DNA of 64,000 nucleotides, taken from Selaginella moellendorffii. Taxonomy: Eukaryota > Plantae > Lycopodiophyta. Numbering within the stretch: the stretch's first letter is position 1; every line of letters starts with the position of its first letter. The notes under the pieces are model-generated. The model worked only from the letters and a program-made list of their open reading frames with translations. It was not told the origin of the DNA and ran no database searches. Made by a program: the position numbers and the translations under genes. This document shows, piece after piece, positions 35,401-47,898 of the stretch. Location of the stretch: assembly GCF_000143415.4 (NCBI RefSeq), contig NW_003314281.1, positions 608,833 through 672,832 on the forward strand. The letters run 5' to 3'.

Positions 35401-36529
35401 TCGGAGTTCTTGGTGGTGCTGAAAGTCCAGGAGCTCTAGCCAGCGCTGGAGTTTGTGATGACGGAGAAACTCCTGGAGATGGAGCCGGAGCCGGAGCCGG
35501 AGCTTGTGACGACGGAGAAACTCCTGGAGATGGAGCCGGAGCTGGAGTTTGTGGCGACGAAGAAACTCCTGGAGGTGGAGCAGGAGCTGGAGTTTGGGAC
35601 GACGAAGAAACTCTTGGAAATGGAGCCGCAGGAGGAGCTTGCTTCGACGCTGATACATCTGTCTGTGGAGGAGCCTTTGGTAAGTCTTGGCTTACCTTCA
35701 CAGCGGTCGAGCTCTCTGGGGGCTTTGGAAAATTCGTTTGTGGGGGAGTCTTTGGAGCAACGGGCTTGCTCTTCACAGCGCTGCTGTTAGCACCATTTAC
35801 CGGCGTCACGGGATCTCCTTTCTTCCACCTCGTCTGGAATCCACCTTGTTGTTGGAACGACGAAGAAGCACCCATCGTTCCTGGCTGCTGGAAGGATTGC
35901 TGCCTTCCCATCACCGGCCTAGAACTTGGCGAATTCGTGGGAGGAGAATTCGCCAGCCTCTCCGCGCTCTGTAACACTTTGTCCAAGTTTTGCATAGCTC
36001 CACCGCCATGGCCCTGCTGCGATGGCGCGGCAGAAGGAGCATTCTCCCTGGGCCGATAAACTTGCGCAAAGCTACCACTACTTCCACTTCCTGGCCTTCT
36101 CATCTGGTTGCTCGCAGCGCCTCCATTCGCAGGAGGAGGAGGTGGAGGAGGCATCATCACTGGCTTGGGCCGCGAGAGTGGGATCATCGGCTTTGGCGAT
36201 GGCTTGAGCAGCGGCATACTCTCACCATCGCTCGCAGCTCCTGCGCTGGGCTTGGCCGATTTGCCACCGCCATCGTCGTCGGCGGCACTGGCGCCATCGG
36301 CATCCAACACCCGGACGCGCTCCTCGGCAAATGCCATGCATTTGGAATGCCTCCTGGAGCCGCCGCCTTGCCGGAGCCGCGATCTGAGCTGCGCGCCGGG
36401 GCTGGAGAGCCCGAAAATCGCCGAGGTGGATGCAGCCGCGCAGTCGGCATCGCCCCTGGGCCATCTCCAGCAAGAATTGTGAGGGCAGACGACGAGCTGC
36501 CCTCCCAGGGCACCCAATGCGGCGCTCAT
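32426..36529 (-). CDS. FUG1: Plastid translation initiation factor IF-2, multi-exon
   Basis: Transit-like start [10 protein letters not shown], long Pro-rich N-terminus, [66 protein letters not shown]. Confidence 0.93.
35448..35626 (-). repeat. Coding minisatellite in the IF2 N-terminus (4 x ~42-48 nt; [14 protein letters not shown])
   Basis: GAAACTCCTGGAGATGGAGC-type unit repeated four times. Confidence 0.85.
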
Positions 36530-36718
36530 TCTTCCCGCAAATTCATCACAGCTGGAGGAGAGCCTCGCACCTTTGCCGCGTAGGGGTCGCCCCGGAGCAT
36601 CCGGAAGAACCCTAAAACCCGGAGAGAGGATGTCTGTCGCGACGACGCCATAGCGCAATGTGGATACGCATACGTGGCACTAATGGAAGCCACAAACCCT
36701 ATATACCCGATTCGAATA

Positions 36719-36793
36719 TGGTCCAGCGGTCACAATAGAATATTCGCTAGAATGGAATTTGGTCAACGGTCACAATAAAATATTCGCTAGATT
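36719..36793. repeat. Short ~40-bp tandem duplication in the divergent IF2/PPR intergenic region
   Basis: TGGTCCAGCGGTCACAATAGAATATTCGCTAGA and TGGTCAACGGTCACAATAAAATATTCGCTAGA. Confidence 0.75.
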
Positions 36794-36832
36794 CGACTAG
36801 GGCTTTGATGCTCCAGAAATCGCATTCTAGAA

Positions 36833-38170
36833 ATGGGCAGGAGCGTCCGAGAGGATGCGATCCACTGCGGCGCAGTGGAATCGGACAGCTATATCGCGAA
36901 TGCGGTGCTGGGGATGTACGCCAAGTGCGGGAGCATGGGCGAGGCATCCAGGTGCGCCGGCGCGATCTGGTGTCGTGGAATTCTCTCATCGCGGGATTGC
37001 CGAGAATGGGCAATCGTCTCTCGCGTTGGATCTCTTCCAGCGGTGCCTCTGGCTTTCTTCCAGATCGCTTCACTTCCTCGCGGCATTGAAGGCGTGCTGT
37101 GCCTTGGGATCAAAGGAGGAATCCACCGCCGCGATGGGCAAAGCAAGATCTCTGGAGATCGTCATGGCGCTACACCGAGAAGCCTCGCGATTTGGCTGCG
37201 CGGACGACGTCCTCGTCGCCACCAGCCTGATTGACGCCTACGAAAAATCTGGCAGCATGGAAGATGCGCAGAGAGCTTTCGATCGAGTGCCTCACCGCAA
37301 CGTCGTCTCGTGGACTGCTCTCATCGCCGGCCACGCTCCCAATCGAGATGGCGCTGCTGGGCTGCAAATCTTTCAGCGAATGGATCCTTGCTGCACTCCA
37401 AACTCTCACACTTTTGTGGCGGCCTTGGAGCTCTTGCTTGAGCATCGCCGAGAAGGAAGAAGAAGATCATGGGAAGATTATGATCAAGGTGGTGGCTCTA
37501 GAGACTGCTATGGCGATCCATTCTCGAGCAGCTAAACACCACCAAGCGTGCTTGTTCGTGGCCAATGCTATGATCGAAGTCTACTCCAAGTGTGGAAGCA
37601 TGGACGATGCTCGTGGATGCCTTGCCGCGACGCGATCTAATCTCGTGGACGTCTCTCATGTCTGGATACGTCCACAACGGTGAGCCCGAGCTCGCCATAG
37701 CTCTCTTCGAGGACATGAAACAGGCCGGGAAGAAACTCCATGGCGAGATTTGCCGGAGAGGTGGAATCCAATCATCCTTGGCTCTGCTCGTAGCTCTCGT
37801 GGATTTCTACGGTCGATGCGGGAGCATAGGCGATGCCGAGCTCGTACTCTTGCAAGACTCCATCGCCAGTAGAGACATCGCCGTGTAGAACTCTCTCATG
37901 GCTGGATACAGTCGCCATGGAAACGGTTTCTAGAACTTTTCACCGATTGCAAGACGAGGGCCACAAGCCCGATGCTGCGACGTTTGTGGGAATTCTCGCG
38001 GCTTACAGCGGTGCCGGGCTGGTCGAAAGTGCGAAGACGTGTTTCCATGCCATGAAAATCTCGCTCGCCATCGTTGCGGTCCTGCATGACTTCATGAGCT
38101 CCAAGTGTTCTCTGCAATCCATTCCTAAAACCTCCGATCAAACAATTCCATTTCATCAGAACGGTTGAGC
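36833..38170 (+). pseudogene. PLS PPR pseudogene with multiple frameshifts
   Basis: PPR motifs scattered over three frames (LGMYAKCGSM, RDLVSWNSLI, RNVVSWTALI, VYSKCGSMDDAR, DLISWTSLMSGY, DFYGRCGSIGDA, KPDAATFVGIL) with internal stops. Confidence 0.85.
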
Positions 38171-38510
38171 GTGCTGAGCTCAACCGTTATATTTGGGCAT
38201 TTCAAATATAATGTCTTATAATCGATTTGAGCAGATGCCACTCATGGGCATATGCAATCCAAGCAACTGCCATCTCGAAGAACTGAAGCATGTCCTAGCA
38301 TAGTTATGTAAATTCCAAATGAAGACATTCATTTTAAATAAACTGCTGCTTAAAACAATAGCAAAATAAATTTATATAGTTGATTAAAATAAGGCGAATC
38401 AATCATCCCGTCTTTTATCTTATCTACGATGCAAAAAAATGACAATTAAAAAAAAAAGGACATACCTTGTTCAGCCTATAAATTAACTAAAACCTAGCAT
38501 AGCACGTTTT

Positions 38511-38520
38511 CTATAAAAAG
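38511..38520 (+). promoter_or_regulatory. TATA box of the trypsin-like protease gene
   Basis: CTATAAAAAG upstream of a pyrimidine-rich leader and a probable 5'UTR intron (~38667-38875) ending just before ATG 38882. Confidence 0.5.
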
Positions 38521-38706
38521 GGCCTATTTTAGGGCGACGATTTTATAGATTGAAGATTGGCAGCGCTTAGGGTTCAACACCAGCACCGGGGGGGTGTTCT
38601 TTCTTGGATTCTAGTCGATCTCGGTTTCTTGATCTTGCTCCTTGCCTGATTCCTTAGTTGCTTCAGGTACCGCGAGATTTTCTTTGGTCATCTTTGGTAC
38701 ACCTTT

Positions 38707-38850
38707 GGTTGGCAACAAGTGCAGGCCCCAAGGCATCCAAGTGGGTTCTGCAAACCGCGCAGAAACTATTCAAGCCAGCATATTGGTCGGCAACAAGTGG
38801 AAGCGCCAAGGCATCCAAGTGCAAACTGCGCGGAAACTATTCAAGCCAGG
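38707..38850. repeat. Tandem duplication (~75 bp x2) in the putative 5'UTR intron
   Basis: GGCAACAAGTG...CCAAGGCATCCAAGTG...GCAAAC.GCGC.GAAACTATTCAAGCCAG occurs twice. Confidence 0.85.
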
Positions 38851-38881
38851 ATAGCCTTCTCTCATCGATTGTCAGGCAGAA

Positions 38882-40588
38882 ATGAACCTCTGGAGAACAG
38901 CCCGTTGTGGTGGACTCACACTGGACAATGCGGATGTGGATGTGGGCACAGGAAATGATGCTGGGGATGTTGAGGATCTGGATGATGGAGTTTCACAGAC
39001 TAATGATCCAGAAGGCAACACAGTAGCAGCTGCTGTTACTAGCCGTGACTGTCGTGAGTGGTCAATTTCTGATCTTTATCCAGAAAGGCTTATAATCAGC
39101 AAGGATTCTCAATATCCAGGCAAGTTCTCCCGTTTTTATGCATGTGATTGGAAGACAGGTCATATGTACCCTTTTTCTCCTGCTCAAGGAGAGCTCCCAA
39201 AACAAATTCCTTTGAGTCCTGATTGCAGTCCCACTACAAGGATGAAGCAACAAGTATACGTTGGGATTGAAAACATGAAAAGTACACACAGAGTTCTTTC
39301 AATCTTTCAAAATCACATTGGTGAGTGGTTTCATTTTTTATTTTTCTCTATTCTAAATTTGAGGTTCAGGGGATGAGGAAACCACAAACGGCACTGCTTT
39401 TGCAGTTTCACAGCATATGCTTCTAACAGCTGGCCATTTGGTCACTTTTAAAGATGGGAAGAACATGAAGTGGCAATTGAAGGAGGTGCTAGTTTATGCA
39501 GGTAAGTACACCACCACCAGATTGGATACCATAACTTGGACTAAAGTTTTTGAACAGGGGAATTTGTGCCCATTCAAAAAGTTCGTGAATTTGGTTTTCG
39601 CTGCACAGTTCAAGGAAATGCCACCTCTGTTTACAGTACCAGGAAGGAGTGCCCTGAATTTGGATCTGACATAGCATTTCTCAAAGTAAGGTGTGCTTCT
39701 TTTGATTTCAATTTACTAAAACATTTGTTTTGTAGGTGGAGGGAACGACTCTACCATGCTTTCTTTTACCTTCTTCGCCACAAAAGGACTTGCCTCTCAC
39801 GGTATTTGGGTACCCTGATGCGGTTGGCTACTTAAGACGAGCAACACGAGAGTTAAAACAGAATGCTAATCCAGAAAATGGTGGGCTTTGGAGTGTCTAT
39901 TGGCGAGTCCTGTGGGACAATATTCAGGAATGGACGGCACAATACGAGGTACTTAAATCTCATTAATGAAATTTGGTTTTTAACCTGGATTTTATTGGAT
40001 TTATAGGGTGATTTAAAGCGTGCTGAAGAAACAGCTAAGAAATGGCTTCTTGAACAGTTTCAAACCGTTCTGCGAGGAATACCGGATGGGGCTCAATGTG
40101 TTTCTGCTGGATTTGTTGAAGCACTTACATCATGCTTTGTCGGTCATACTTGTCCCACCGTACCAGGTTGGTAGTTCTAGCTACATTACTTTTCTGAAAT
40201 CTCAAATTTATGTTGTTTACAAACAGGTGTTTCCGGGGGTGCCGTTTCACCCATGGAAAGTCCAGGTTATTTCGTAGCAGCTCACGCTGGGGCCTTAGAC
40301 ATCAACCAAAACTGTGGAACGTCCACAGATAATCCAGCTTTCGTGGATCAGTATCTAAAATTTGTGTTGCAAGATCTTCCGACTCCAGAGTGGGCATTGT
40401 ACACAAGGGCAGATTTCAGCATAAGGCCATTTCTCGCTTGGTTACACACTCATAAGGCGATGCTCCCTCCATCTTCTCCCTGGGTGAAGCATCTGCAGCA
40501 GCAGCTGATGGTTGTCCATGCTAGCGAGCAGCAGGTCGAGCGACCATCAAAAAGAAGAAAGTTAGAAGACACTCTGTTCAATAGATAG
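38882..40588 (+). CDS. Trypsin-like (PA clan) serine protease, 477 aa, with C-terminal NLS-like motif; exons 38882-39320, 39370-39501, 39558-39685, 39736-39948, 40007-40166, 40227-40588
   Basis: Five GT-AG introns give a continuous frame (1434 nt); GTAFAV..LLTAGH, SDIAFLK, VFGYP, HTCPTVPGVSGGAV, FVAAHAG; ends RPSKRRK. Confidence 0.8.
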
Positions 40589-42050
40589 GAGGTCTCTCTC
40601 TTATGGAAGTAATGTAAGTCTGCGGGCCAGAGGAGTTGCACAGGTGTGCTTGCCTTGTCTACTGGCTGACGAGACTAGTGGAGAAGGTCAGGAAACCAAG
40701 CGGCATTGCGTGTGGCTGTCAGCCTGCGCTGAAGCGGCTGTGACAGTCTTGGGAATGAGGATTTTACGGCTGAGCAGATTCAGCTAGCTGCGATCCCGAA
40801 AGTTATGATTGTTGCATTATCAGTCCACCAGGATGTTCTTGCATGCCAGAACCACATTGGAGACGGCATTGGATTGCATGTCATTGTTCTTATGATGTCA
40901 TTGGGTCTGTATTGGTTCCGGGGAGAATCCAGCTGCTGCGAAATCTTCCGCCCAGCAGGATGAGTCTGCGAAATTATCAAGGTTAGAAATTGGGAAACGA
41001 AAGCACAATATTTCGCTCAAAGAATCTACAATGATAATTGCTAAAATTTATTAAATATATGAATCATGGAAATTAGATGTTAGGAGATAAACTTTCATAG
41101 ACATGAATATTAGCATCAGCCTCAGTGAGAATGAGAGGTTTATTTGATATTCACTTGGGAATCATCTTTTTTCTGATTTCTTTTGATGGAAAAGTTTCTT
41201 TTTGCTCAATTTCATATAGTAAGAAGATGAATAATCAAGTATCAATGCTACTTCTTTGCTCCAGTTTGGTATTTTTTAATTTTATTTTCTTTATTTATTA
41301 TTGATAGAATAAATATCTCTTATATAATTTTTCATATTTTATATTTGTAGGTATCTTGATTCTTTGTTCATGACACACTTGCACACAATCAATGAATTTT
41401 AGAGCATGCTATTAAAACATATGTTTGAATACCAATCCTTTGATTTGTACTTTCTTTTTTATAATTCAATTGTTTAGTAATTTAACTTGGGTTTTAACAA
41501 CTCTCTACAATCATTTTTTTTCTGGAATTATTATAATTGCAGTGTTATACTCTTTTGATCAATCTACACTACTTGGTTAAGGATTTCAAATATACACTGA
41601 TTGGCAAACAATATCAAATGGTTTTTAGAGTTAACAATACATGAACATTAAATAACCAATTTGAAACATTTAATAAACTTTATAAATTTACTTTCAACAC
41701 ATTTATTTTCAGCACAAGTTTAGGTGAGCAAAACATCATTATTTACTTATTTCAACATTAGGAACTCTAAAGAATGTTTCAATAAATTATTCTAGCACCT
41801 ACCTTGGGTGAGTGAGGAAAATATCCCATTTACTACATTTTTACTTTATGTCATCTTTTACCAGCTAATTAAAAAAAATTAAAACCTTTTTCAAGTATGT
41901 AAAAAATGTCAACACGTAGAATTCAAATAAAGAATATCAAAAAAGGGAAACTGAATACCCTAAAACTAATTTCACTATTTAAATTAGCTGCTTCGTTTAG
42001 GGCTCCTGGGAGGGATTTTTGCGAGGCTCCGACTTCTCCCAAGAAAGAAG

Positions 42051-43510
42051 ATGTCCTTCGCCAAGACCGTGACGAGCTCGGACATGGCTGCCATGGTACT
42101 GCCTTCGTCTTCCTCTTCGCACCCCACATTGTATGAAATCTCTGTTTTGTTTGCTGTTTGTTTTGTTTCCAGGCGATCCCCGGGCCAGTCTATGAGAGGC
42201 ACCGCAACGAAGCTTTCGGCGGCACCGTGGCTCTGGCGCATGGCGGCAGGGACTGGCAAGTCGACGCAAGCTCCGGATCCTTCACCACGGGCTGGAAGGA
42301 GTTTTGGCTCGGGAATGCGCTCAACGAGGGCGACTGCCTTGTCTTCCGTCATCAATCGGCCGGGCGCTTCGCCCTGGAGATCTTCGGCAGCGATGGATCG
42401 GCCAAGGAAGGAGGCGTGGGAGCTCCCGCCTATAAGAGCGCTTCCTCTTCCTCGGCGCTCAAGCGATCCAGAGACGATTTGCCAGCGGCGATGGAAGTGG
42501 TCGTCAAGGATTGCCTGGTTCATCTGGAGGACGGCTCCAGCTTGAAGTTCGTCGTCACCAAGATCCCGCCAGAGGATCCAGCAGGGGAGCCTTTCACTCC
42601 TCTAGTCTCTGCCGCCAAAGCTAGCGATGCTCTTCCGCGATCTTCCAGGATGACGAGGTCCTCCCAGAAGAGCGTTCCAGCAGCGAAAGCACCATCTCCA
42701 GATGCCAAAGATGACTCGCCTGCCCCAAAGAAGGCCAAGATCGATTCTCCAAAGAGGACGAGGAAGACGAGGAAGCAAGAGGAAGTCTCCAAGATGGAGT
42801 CATCCAGCGAGAAGAACAAGGAGCCCACCGCCAAGAGCAGTGGAAAGAAGAAGAAGAAGAATCAGGATGTTCCTTGTGACTCTCCGGCGCTCCTTCGAGC
42901 CGAGGCGTTCAAGGCTACCATTCCAAGCACCAATCCAAGCACCGCCATCGTGATGAAGAAGAGTTGCTTACATCCATGTTATTACTTGGTAAGAGATCTT
43001 TGGCTTGTTCTTACCATTTTGTATGTGATCCTGATCTCTCCTTTCTCTCTCTCTCTCTTCGCACAGACCATTCCAAAGGATTTTGCGGAGAAGCTCCCGC
43101 ACGAGAACAAGATGCTGACTGTGGAGAGCAACGCGGTGAAAGAGCCGTGGGATGTGAAGTGGCTCGCGGCAAACCGAGCTTTCAGTGGCGGCTGGAACAA
43201 AGTCGCGCAGTTCTACAACCTGGAGCTCGACGATGCGTGCGTCCTGGAGGTGCTCAACAAAAGTGGGGTGAGGATCAGCGTTTTCAAGGCGGATGGAAGC
43301 TCAAGCGTGGCGGCGAATCAATCGGCTCCAGCGATTGCCAATGGAGAGATTGGTGGTGAAGTAGCAGAGGCAGGATTTGCGACTGTTGATGAAGGCGATG
43401 CCATCGCTGCAATGGAGAAGCTTTGCGGGGATGGCGGTGTGAAGGCGAAAGATGGTGGCGGTGAAAACGGAGATGGTGGTGACAACGAGAATGCAGGACA
43501 GGTGATTTAG
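42051..43510 (+). CDS. B3-domain (REM/VRN1-like) DNA-binding protein with two B3 domains; introns ~42096-42172 and ~42989-43066
   Basis: FTTGWKEFWLGNALNEGDCLVF..FALEIF and IPKDFAE..W.V..FSGGWNKVAQFYNLELDDACVLE..ISVFK, with a Lys-rich linker. Confidence 0.85.
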
Positions 43511-43613
43511 ATTTAGAGAAATTGAGTTTTTGTGACCAGCTTGACTGCCAACTTTGATTATTGAAACACTGCACACAATCTTTTAGATCATGAAATAAAA
43601 GAGTGGCTCACCG

Positions 43614-46087
43614 TCATCCGAGTACTTCCTGGATCCTGGCAATGAGCTCTTCTTTCTTCCCGCTAAGTTTGGCCTTTCTAGATCGAAGGAAGTTCTTCAT
43701 CTCAGCCACGCTCAGGTCCTTGAGTTTTCCCTCTGCGTTTTTCTTCGTCACCTGTAAAGAAATCGAATCGTAAACAAGCTCAACGAAAACCAATGAGATT
43801 GCGTACCAGAGCGTCGTTGGTTTCGTTCTCAGGTTTCTTCTTCTTCTCGACGGCTGCGGCATGAACTTTCTTGGTGTTCTTCTCAAAAACAATACCAAGT
43901 AAGAGCACAATTCAGAAAGAAAGAACGAAAACACGAAAAAACGTCCTTACCTCTGCAGGCTTGATTCTTGAGACAGTAGACTCAGTTGTTCTTTTCTTCG
44001 TTGCCGCTTGCTGAGAATCTGTTTGGCTGTCTTGAACATTCGCAGGAGCCTTAAAGTCGAGAGACCTGTTTTTCATGCTTGATTCTTTCTTCGTCTCCTG
44101 TCGGCAGAGGTTGCATTGAGCGACTAACGAAATAAAAAAAGAAACTCACTGTCTGAGCCTTGCTCACTGTTGAATGACCTGAAACAACACTGGTCATCAA
44201 CCAGGTTAGCCAAGTGAGTACCTCTTTTCAAGTTTGGAACTAGAAGCGTCCTCGTCACAGGCCTAGCAGCTTCAATTTGCTCGAGAACGTTAGCATGGCA
44301 GCAAGACAAGGTGGAACATACTTTCACATGATGCCTGTGAAACTTTAGCTGCTGGCTTTCCTACTTCAGTGGTTACTCTAGCACGGAGGGTCTCTGTAAT
44401 AGAAAGGCAGATTATTCACCGGTAAAGTAGAGGAGGAGCTTACTGAGTAAATTATCCGGTTGCAAGGCAGAAATGGATGCAGTCTTCATGCCATTCAAGG
44501 AAATCCGTGGCGTATCTGGCAAACTCGCGGCTCTTGTCCATGGCAGCGAGGAGTTACTGTCGATTTCAAGCTCCTAGTAAACAGCTTAGAAACTCGAGCA
44601 TAAATACTGCAGACATACCTTAAAATCGATTCTCCCAGAACAAAAGAAATCCCACGCTGACAATAAGCACACTCTGTGAGAATCTCGCAATGGCAAACAG
44701 CCACAGAGTCTCACCTGCAGCATCACTAAAAAAGTGCTGCAAAACACGTAGCATTAGAGAGCATCTGAGCGATGGCACTACAGGAAAGAAACCAGATTTT
44801 TTCATCACCAGGGACGATGGAAACCTGCACGTTGAGTACGAGCTATCAGAGTGTACATGTTATGCCATGTACATGTACATGCTGTTAATTACCATGAAAA
44901 CTCGCCTGAGTCCAGTGAGAAGCATATTTTGACATAGTAGCAGTCTCCTGTAAATTGAAGTCCATTCTGAAGAAGCTTTTGCTATGTTGATACAGGCACA
45001 TATTTGTCCAAGTAGTAAAAAGGACCTGCTTCTTCCACAATTGCTTGCGGAGCTCCATGTCGTCGTCATCGTTTAGACCACGCATTGTTTTGCAAAGTCC
45101 TGGAGGCACAAGAGTCTTAGCCTTCAAAAGAGCGCATATTCACTCACCCACAGCATAGCCGTTCCTCATATATGGAAGAACGCAGCACTCAAACTCGTTG
45201 ATAGTTCTCTCGTCATCTTGCAGACAATACTCTTCTATCGAAAGAAACTCTTCTTGCTCGAATCGCTTCTTATAGGCCTCTGGCATGCCTTCCACTATCT
45301 GTGTTAACGCGGCACTAAAAAGATTAGAACATCCAATGAAGTTGAGAGAAACACGACTGCATGCATACCTTAGCGAAATGAATACTCGTCACGTCTGGTG
45401 ACACGAGCAAAACTATATGGCCATTAGATTCGAGATGTACATCCTGGTCCAGGAGAAAGAAAAACTTAGCAGTGCCAATTCGTAAAGGATATCTTACCAG
45501 AGACACAGTTTCCAGTGGCAATCCTTCCTGAATAGTACCAAATACAAGTGAGCCTCCTCGCAAAAACGTCCACCCTTTTCTAACCAATGAAGAGACCAGT
45601 GAGTGACGAACAGCCTCTTGCAGAAGTAAGCCACTAGAGATTTCTTCGCCATCAAGCTCGAGCATCATCTGCGAGAGTTTCCCAAGATATAAGTTCTACA
45701 AATCCCAGATTGAGCAACACAGCAATCTCAACAGGTATAGATTCTTAAAATCCATGTACCTGTTGGTGCTCTAGCTTCACGCGTTCACGCCCGAGAAGAG
45801 AAGCAAATTTCTTATGCTTACTGCCCTGGGAAAGAGCAAGAAATCGATCGATGTCACTGATATATTCATGGATTTCTTACCTCGAAAACAACCGTGATGT
45901 TCTGGTCATCGAGAGAGAATGCCGCGCATTCATTCTCTCCGAGCAGCTGAGAAATCTCCACACAGATCGCGGCAGCCAGAGAAGCGCTCGGACTCTTGCG
46001 CGCCATGGAGATCTTCCTGAAGCCGCTGTCAAGAAGAAGCTGCGATCGGCCATAGAATGCGCAAGATCGAGGGAACAAATCGGCCAT
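43614..46087 (-). CDS. DUF4708 (C18orf63-like) protein with C-terminal SAP domain, multi-exon
   Basis: Spliced ECCVLPYMRNGYAVG..LWKKQNGLQF..YYVKICF..SWFPSSLV resembles DUF4708; C-terminal LKDLSVAEMKNFLRSRKAKLSGKKEELIARI is a SAP motif. Confidence 0.65.
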
Positions 46088-46123
46088 TTGGCGACCCTAG
46101 AAATTCCGAGTGTAGATGGATCA

Positions 46124-46132
46124 AAACCCTAA
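46124..46132 (+). promoter_or_regulatory. Telo-box in the 128-bp bidirectional promoter between DUF4708-SAP and RAE1
   Basis: AAACCCTAA; related AACCCTA boxes lie near starts at ~55, ~9937, ~22990 (reverse), ~36607, ~36694, ~48656 and ~52322. Confidence 0.6.
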
Positions 46133-46215
46133 ACTTTCGAGCGGGAAAACTTTTTGCGTGCCTTTATTTACAGAGGGCTTTGATGGACGAAGAACCCTAA
46201 TAGCATCGCTTCGCT

Positions 46216-47898
46216 ATGGCGACTTTCGGCGTCACACAGAACGCTCCGTCTCACAATCCCAACAAATCTTTCGAGGTACGCGCATCAATCTCGCGCAAGA
46301 ATCTCTCTTACCTGTGTGTCAGATCGCAGAGCGGCCGACGGACGGCATCTCCAGCCTCTCGTTTAGCCCCAAAGCGAACCATCTCATCGCCACATCCTGG
46401 GACAATCAGGTTTGTGAGATTGCTTCCTCTACAAGTTTTGTGACCCGCTTTTCTACCAGGTGCGATGCTGGGAAATCCAGCCGAATGGAACCAGTGTTGC
46501 AAAGGCAGCCACGCAGCATGATCAACCAGTAAGTCTTTTACATGCTCGAAAAAAAAGGATCTAGACTTGTTCTAAGTTTTTCAAGATTGGATTTTTCCTT
46601 GACTCGAGAGCTAAGCTTTCTTTTCGCTTTTTTCTCAGGTATTGTGCTCGGCTTGGAAGGATGATGGCACGACTGTCTTCTCAGGAGGATGCGATAAACA
46701 GGTCAAGATGTGGCCTCTTTCATCCGGAAATCAGTCAGTGACGGTGGGAATGCATGATGCGCCTGTGAAAGAGATATCGTGGATTCCAGAGATGAACTTC
46801 CTTGTTACAGGGAGCTGGGATAAAACTCTCAAGTATGGTCATCTTCTCTCGTTTTTTTTTTTTTCTTTTTCTCCTCGAGGAATGTGAAGGTTCTAATGTT
46901 CTCGCAGGTATTGGGATTTACGATCTCAGTCTCCGGCTCACACCCAACAACTTCCCGACAAATGTCACTCGATGAGCGTCCGCTATCCCCTGATGGTTGT
47001 CGCAACAGCGGACAGAAATATTAGCATCTTCAATCTCACCAATCCTCGAGTAAGCTTTTTTCTCGTCAATGTTTTACACGGGTCTTTTTTTCTAACTTGT
47101 TTGTTCTTCCTGCGCAGCAAGAATTCAAGAGAATTCAATCGCCTTTAAAGTTCATGACGCGCTGTGTCTCAACCTTTCCTGACAAACAAGGTTTTCTGGT
47201 AAGCTGTCTAAGCACAGTGGTGATATAGTTTCGTAAATCTCGCTTCTAAAACAGGTGGGCTCTATCGAAGGCAGAGTAGCCATCCAGCACATTGACGACG
47301 CGCAGCAATCGAAGAACTTCACATTCAAGTGCCACAGGGAAGCGAACGACGTGTTTTCAGTGAATGCGATCAATTTTCATCCCGTGAGTCAATCTCTTCC
47401 TTTGAAGCTGTGTTAACTGGCCTTTATGCGCAGGTGTTTGGAACATTCGCTACATCAGGCTCTGATGGTGCTTTTAACTTCTGGGACAAGGACAGCAAGC
47501 AGAGGCTCAAGGTAGAATTTTCACTCTTCTTTGTTGGTGTGTTTCGGTGCGTTATCTTTCTTTTTCTCCACAGGCGTTTCAGAGGTGCAGCCTACCAATT
47601 CCTTGTAGCACTTTCAACTACGATGGCACTATCTTTGCGTATGCCGTGAGTGTTTGTTTGTTCACTTTTCCTTTCCAGTTTTATTCATCTGTCCATTCTA
47701 TGCACAGGTGAGCTATGACTGGAGCAGGGGTGCTGAGAATCACGTCCCGGGATCAAACAATTATATCCTACTGCATCCAATACTGGTAGGAGCTGTGTTT
47801 ACATCGCTTTCAAGGAATTTTTCTCACTTGAGTGATTGTTTGTGCAGGAGGCCGAAATCAAATCCAAGCCACGCGCTCCCAACAGCACTAGAAAGTAA
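46216..47898 (+). CDS. RAE1: mRNA export factor RAE1 (WD40), multi-exon
   Basis: NPNKSFE..DGISSLSFSP..ATSWDNQVRCWEI, FSGGCDKQVKMW, GSIEGRVAI, FTFKCHR, FWDKDSKQRLK, SYDWSRGAE. Confidence 0.95.

Noticed and set aside
34608-36059. 483-aa plus-strand ORF
   Set aside because: Antisense shadow of the GC-rich, Pro-rich IF2 exon 1; no independent motifs. The same applies to 810-1775, 28716-29354, 51692-52330 and 56493-57023.
45485-45492. ATATCCTT (U12 AT-AC donor consensus) in a DUF4708 intron
   Set aside because: A GT-AG pair gives the correct frame; using AT-AC would frameshift and the branch site is poor.
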